A program made the translations under genes and the position numbers. Of a DNA stretch of 64,000 nt, positions 61,272 to 64,000 are shown piece after piece; the stretch's first letter is position 1; the number at the start of each line of letters is the position of its first letter. Origin of the DNA: an uncultured bacterium (GTDB taxonomy: Bacteria; Fidelibacterota; Marinisomatia; Marinisomatales; UBA1611); the NCBI GenBank assembly GCA_943788175.1, contig CALSPG010000006.1:192001-256000 (forward strand), read 5' to 3'. The notes under the pieces are model-generated. The model saw nothing but the letters and a program-made list of their open reading frames with translations, was not told the DNA's origin and did not search any database.

Positions 61272-62462
61272 TCATTTTATCTTCTTTGCTTCTAAACTTC
61301 CATTTGAAGTTTTTAATATAAATCTCTCATTAACTGACAGCTCGGAAGCTATTCGAATTATTTTTTTTGTTTTTTTGTTCACCGCAATTGAATACCCTCT
61401 TCGTAATACATTTTCAGGCCCAATGCTTTGCAATTGATTTATTGTACCTAAGAATCTAATCTTTTTTAGTTCAATTAACTCATTAATATGATTAACAAAA
61501 AAACTATAAAAGCCATCTAATGACGCTTGCTTTGACTTTATTACATATAGTGGCTGCAACAACATCAAACGATTCAAAATATTAATCACTTCATTTTTTT
61601 TCGCATTGCTATAAGAATTAACATAATTAATAAGCTTTTCTTGAAAACTTAAAATAAATGTCATGAGTTCTTCTTTGCTTAAACTAATAATTTCAGCTGC
61701 TTCAGTGGGCGTTGCAGCTCTGACATCTGACACAAAATCAGATATAGTAAAGTCTGTTTCATGGCCAACAGCAGAAATTATTGGAACAGAACAATTAAAA
61801 ATAACTTTTGCTAGAGCTTCTTCGTTAAAAGCCCATAAATCTTCAATCGAGCCCCCTCCTCTTCCAATTATAATCGCGTCGATATTATCAAGATTAGACA
61901 ATTCAATTATTCCATTAGAGATATCTTCAGCTGCATTTTCACCTTGTACTTTAGCAGGCCTAATGAGTATTTCTAAGAATGGTGATCTCCTCTTCAAAAC
62001 ATGCAAAATGTCTTTTAAGGCAGCTCCCTCGGTTGAGGTAATAATTCCAATTTTTTTTGGAATTTTTTTTATTTTTAGTTTATGTTCATTTGAAAATAAA
62101 CCATCATTATAAAGTTTAATTTTTAATGTTTCAAAGGCTTGATGCAACGCACCAACGCCTGATAATTCTATTCTTTTTGTTACAAACTGAAGTTGGCCTC
62201 TTTGTTCAAACATAGACAATGAGCCGAAGCTAACTAAACGCATTCCATTCTCAACACGAAACCTTAAAATACTATTCGCATTTTTAAACATTACACATTT
62301 TAACTCTGATAAACTGTCTTTTATAACGAAGTATAAATGACCAGAAGAATGGTAGTGAACATTAGATACTTCACCTTCAACATAAATATTTTTAAAGGAG
62401 AGCTCTAATAAAGCTCTAGTTTTGGAGACAAGGTCAGAAACTGAATAGAGTGTTCTTTCCAT
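61272..62462 (-). CDS. xseA: Exodeoxyribonuclease VII large subunit
   Basis: SGHLYF, GRGGGSIEDLWAFN, SAVGHETD, RAATPT, LRRGYS. Confidence 0.96.
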   Translation of the reverse strand: MERTLYSVSDLVSKTRALLELSFKNIYVEGEVSNVHYHSSGHLYFVIKDSLSELKCVMFKNANSILRFRVENGMRLVSFGSLSMFEQRGQLQFVTKRIELSGVGALHQAFETLKIKLYNDGLFSNEHKLKIKKIPKKIGIITSTEGAALKDILHVLKRRSPFLEILIRPAKVQGENAAEDISNGIIELSNLDNIDAIIIGRGGGSIEDLWAFNEEALAKVIFNCSVPIISAVGHETDFTISDFVSDVRAATPTEAAEIISLSKEELMTFILSFQEKLINYVNSYSNAKKNEVINILNRLMLLQPLYVIKSKQASLDGFYSFFVNHINELIELKKIRFLGTINQLQSIGPENVLRRGYSIAVNKKTKKIIRIASELSVNERFILKTSNGSLEAKKIK

Positions 62463-62521
62463 AGATATTGAAAATTTAACTCAAAAGATAAACGAAAAAG
62501 TAAACCAGTAATTAAGGTTTC

Positions 62522-62617
62522 TTAAGTATTTTTCTTCTTATGTCTATTAGCTCTCAAACGCTTTTTGCGTTTGTGCGTATTCATTTTACGCTTTTTTCGC
62601 TTTTTACCACAGGGCAT
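62522..62617 (-). CDS. Small ribosomal protein bS22 (mS38/COX24-like), 31 aa; not in ORF track
   Basis: MPCGKKRKKRKMNTHKRKKRLRANRHKKKNT* with GAGG SD 5 nt upstream, 11 nt after the HU stop. Confidence 0.9.
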   Translation of the reverse strand: MPCGKKRKKRKMNTHKRKKRLRANRHKKKNT

Positions 62618-62628
62618 AAATTCCTCTA

Positions 62629-62916
62629 TTATTTTTTAGTTAATTCATTTACTCGAGAACGCATAATCTTACTTGGTTTAAACGTAGGAACGTACCTTTC
62701 AGGTAGATATATTGCATCACCTGTACCAGGATTCCTAGCTTTTTTGGGCATACGATGCCTAACCCCAAATGTCCCAAATCCTCTCAACTCGACTCTATCA
62801 TTTTTAGCTAATGAATCGATAATTGTCTTCATTACACCGTTCGTCACCGCCTCAGTTTCAACTTTTGTAAGACCAGTCGCTTCTGAGACTATATCTATGA
62901 TATTTTGTTTTGTCAT
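62629..62916 (-). CDS. HU/IHF family DNA-binding protein
   Basis: MTKQ, VELRGFGTF, ARNPGTG, PTFKPS. Confidence 0.95.
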   Translation of the reverse strand: MTKQNIIDIVSEATGLTKVETEAVTNGVMKTIIDSLAKNDRVELRGFGTFGVRHRMPKKARNPGTGDAIYLPERYVPTFKPSKIMRSRVNELTKK

Positions 62917-62922
62917 ATTTCC

Positions 62923-64000
62923 CTATCCTTCTTTAACCCAAATTTTAAGTTTTTGACCAGGGTAAATTATACTTGCTCCATATTTTAACCTATTCCATCT
63001 TCTTATTTTACTAGCATTTGTTTTATAATCCTCAGCAATTTGACCCAACGTATCACCTCTTTTAACTTTATAGGTGACTTTATAATGACCCGCTGGACCA
63101 CCATTGTCTTTCGTTCCCCATGTCCTCAATGATGCGCCTTTCATTGGGATTTTTAATTTATTGCCAACTCGTATTTTGTGCCTGTTGCGAAGCTTGTTTA
63201 CAGCTGCAATGTCATGAATCGATGCTCCATATTTTTTTGAAATTGTCCACAAACTTTCTCCATTTCGCACTCTATGTACTATAAATTGAGGAGCGAATCT
63301 CTCTGACTGGGGAATGGAGTTCCACCTTGCCAAGAATTGATCTTTTTTACCCTTGGGAAGCTTCAAGAGATAAGGACTGTCAGTTGGTGTAGCAGACTGT
63401 CTCAATTCTGGGTTATAGTTTCTTAATTGTTTAACCTTTATGTCGGCCACTCTTGCTAATACAGCAAGGTCTGCACTGTTTTCAAGTATAACCTCCTCAA
63501 ATTCGAACGACTTAACTTTAGGAATAGTGAATCCATATTTCGCTGGAGTTTTTGCAATTATAGCAGCTGCCAAGTAGTAAGGAATATAGTTTCTTGACTC
63601 TCTAGGCAAAGAATGCATTTGCCAAAAATCATATGTTTGATGAAGCCTTGATGCTCTAGAAACTCTACCTGCGCCACAATTATACGCAGCTAAAGCTAAA
63701 TACCAATTGTCAAACTGCTCGTTCAAATCTTTCAAATACTCGCATGCCGCATGCGTTGCTTTAATTATATCTCTTCTTTCATCAATATACCAATCTCTTT
63801 TAAGTCCATAACTTTTTCCCGTTGAATATATAAATTGCCACATCCCTGAAGCATTAGCACGGCTGTAAGCTTTTGGGTTTAATCCCGATTCAATCATCGC
63901 TAAAATCATTAATTCTTCTGGCATTTCATGCTCTTTTAATATTGGGAGAATCAAGTTTTTATATTCTTCATACCTTTTTAACCAAATTGAAAATTGCTTT
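62923..64000 (-). CDS. MltD-like lytic transglycosylase with two LysM domains (5' end beyond the window)
   Basis: MIESG, ASGMWQF, ALAAYN; LysM motifs HRVRNGESLW and YKVKRGDTL; frame open to the window edge. Confidence 0.92.
   Translation of the reverse strand, partial: KQFSIWLKRYEEYKNLILPILKEHEMPEELMILAMIESGLNPKAYSRANASGMWQFIYSTGKSYGLKRDWYIDERRDIIKATHAACEYLKDLNEQFDNWYLALAAYNCGAGRVSRASRLHQTYDFWQMHSLPRESRNYIPYYLAAAIIAKTPAKYGFTIPKVKSFEFEEVILENSADLAVLARVADIKVKQLRNYNPELRQSATPTDSPYLLKLPKGKKDQFLARWNSIPQSERFAPQFIVHRVRNGESLWTISKKYGASIHDIAAVNKLRNRHKIRVGNKLKIPMKGASLRTWGTKDNGGPAGHYKVTYKVKRGDTLGQIAEDYKTNASKIRRWNRLKYGASIIYPGQKLKIWVKEG

Noticed and set aside
879-62956. Many + strand and alternate-frame ORFs in the track (e.g. 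7690-8016, 23014-23454, 36963-37640, 41112-41549, 61663-62112, 62540-62956)
   Set aside because: They lie antisense to or inside well-supported genes and show no family motifs; shadow ORFs.
1-64000. Stop-codon reassignment explaining the split genes
   Set aside because: Splits are frame changes rather than in-frame stops; TGA, TAA and TAG all end genes at expected positions and RF2 is intact.
1-64000. CRISPR arrays, tRNA/rRNA, riboswitches, IS elements or defence systems
   Set aside because: Intergenic gaps are short (about 150 nt or less) and AT-rich, with no repeat-spacer pattern, cloverleaf or transposase seen by eye; a covariance-model scan was not possible.

Overview
AT-rich, tightly packed bacterial core-genome segment. 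All genes except two (nqrM and a proline dehydrogenase) lie on the minus strand. Gene content and order suggest an FCB-superphylum marine lineage such as Marinimicrobia/SAR406; this is an inference, not a search result. Contents in coordinate order: ftcD (partial), site-2 protease, xerD, gmhA, group II GGGP synthase, gcvH, accC, accB, efp, a MoxR/DUF58 trio, TPR lipoprotein, Omp85, TamB, dnaK, clpC, lolD, two lolC/E, lysS, prfB (programmed +1 frameshift), cdaA, folP, ftsH, hpt, tilS, an archaeal-type (class II) GAPDH homologue, a B12 mutase with isobutyryl-CoA mutase signature residues, dxs, pdxT, pdxS, ispH, a DHH phosphoesterase, a PduO adenosyltransferase, an IT-superfamily transporter, nqrM, apbE, nqrA-F, an 11-subunit complex I lacking nuoEFG, proline dehydrogenase, nadK, xseB, xseA, ribosomal protein bS22, HU and a partial LysM lytic transglycosylase. 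Main observations: (1) the 'headless' Nuo genes sit directly upstream of a complete Na+-NQR operon and its maturation genes; (2) three genes appear to start at AUA, two through an ATAA start/stop overlap; (3) small genes missed by the ORF track (bS22, an inverted nqrM, a candidate membrane peptide); (4) an ICM-type mutase and class II GAPDH; (5) a ~46-aa insertion in XerD. Five single-base frameshifts in conserved genes are most likely sequencing errors. No tRNA, rRNA, CRISPR array or mobile element was seen.
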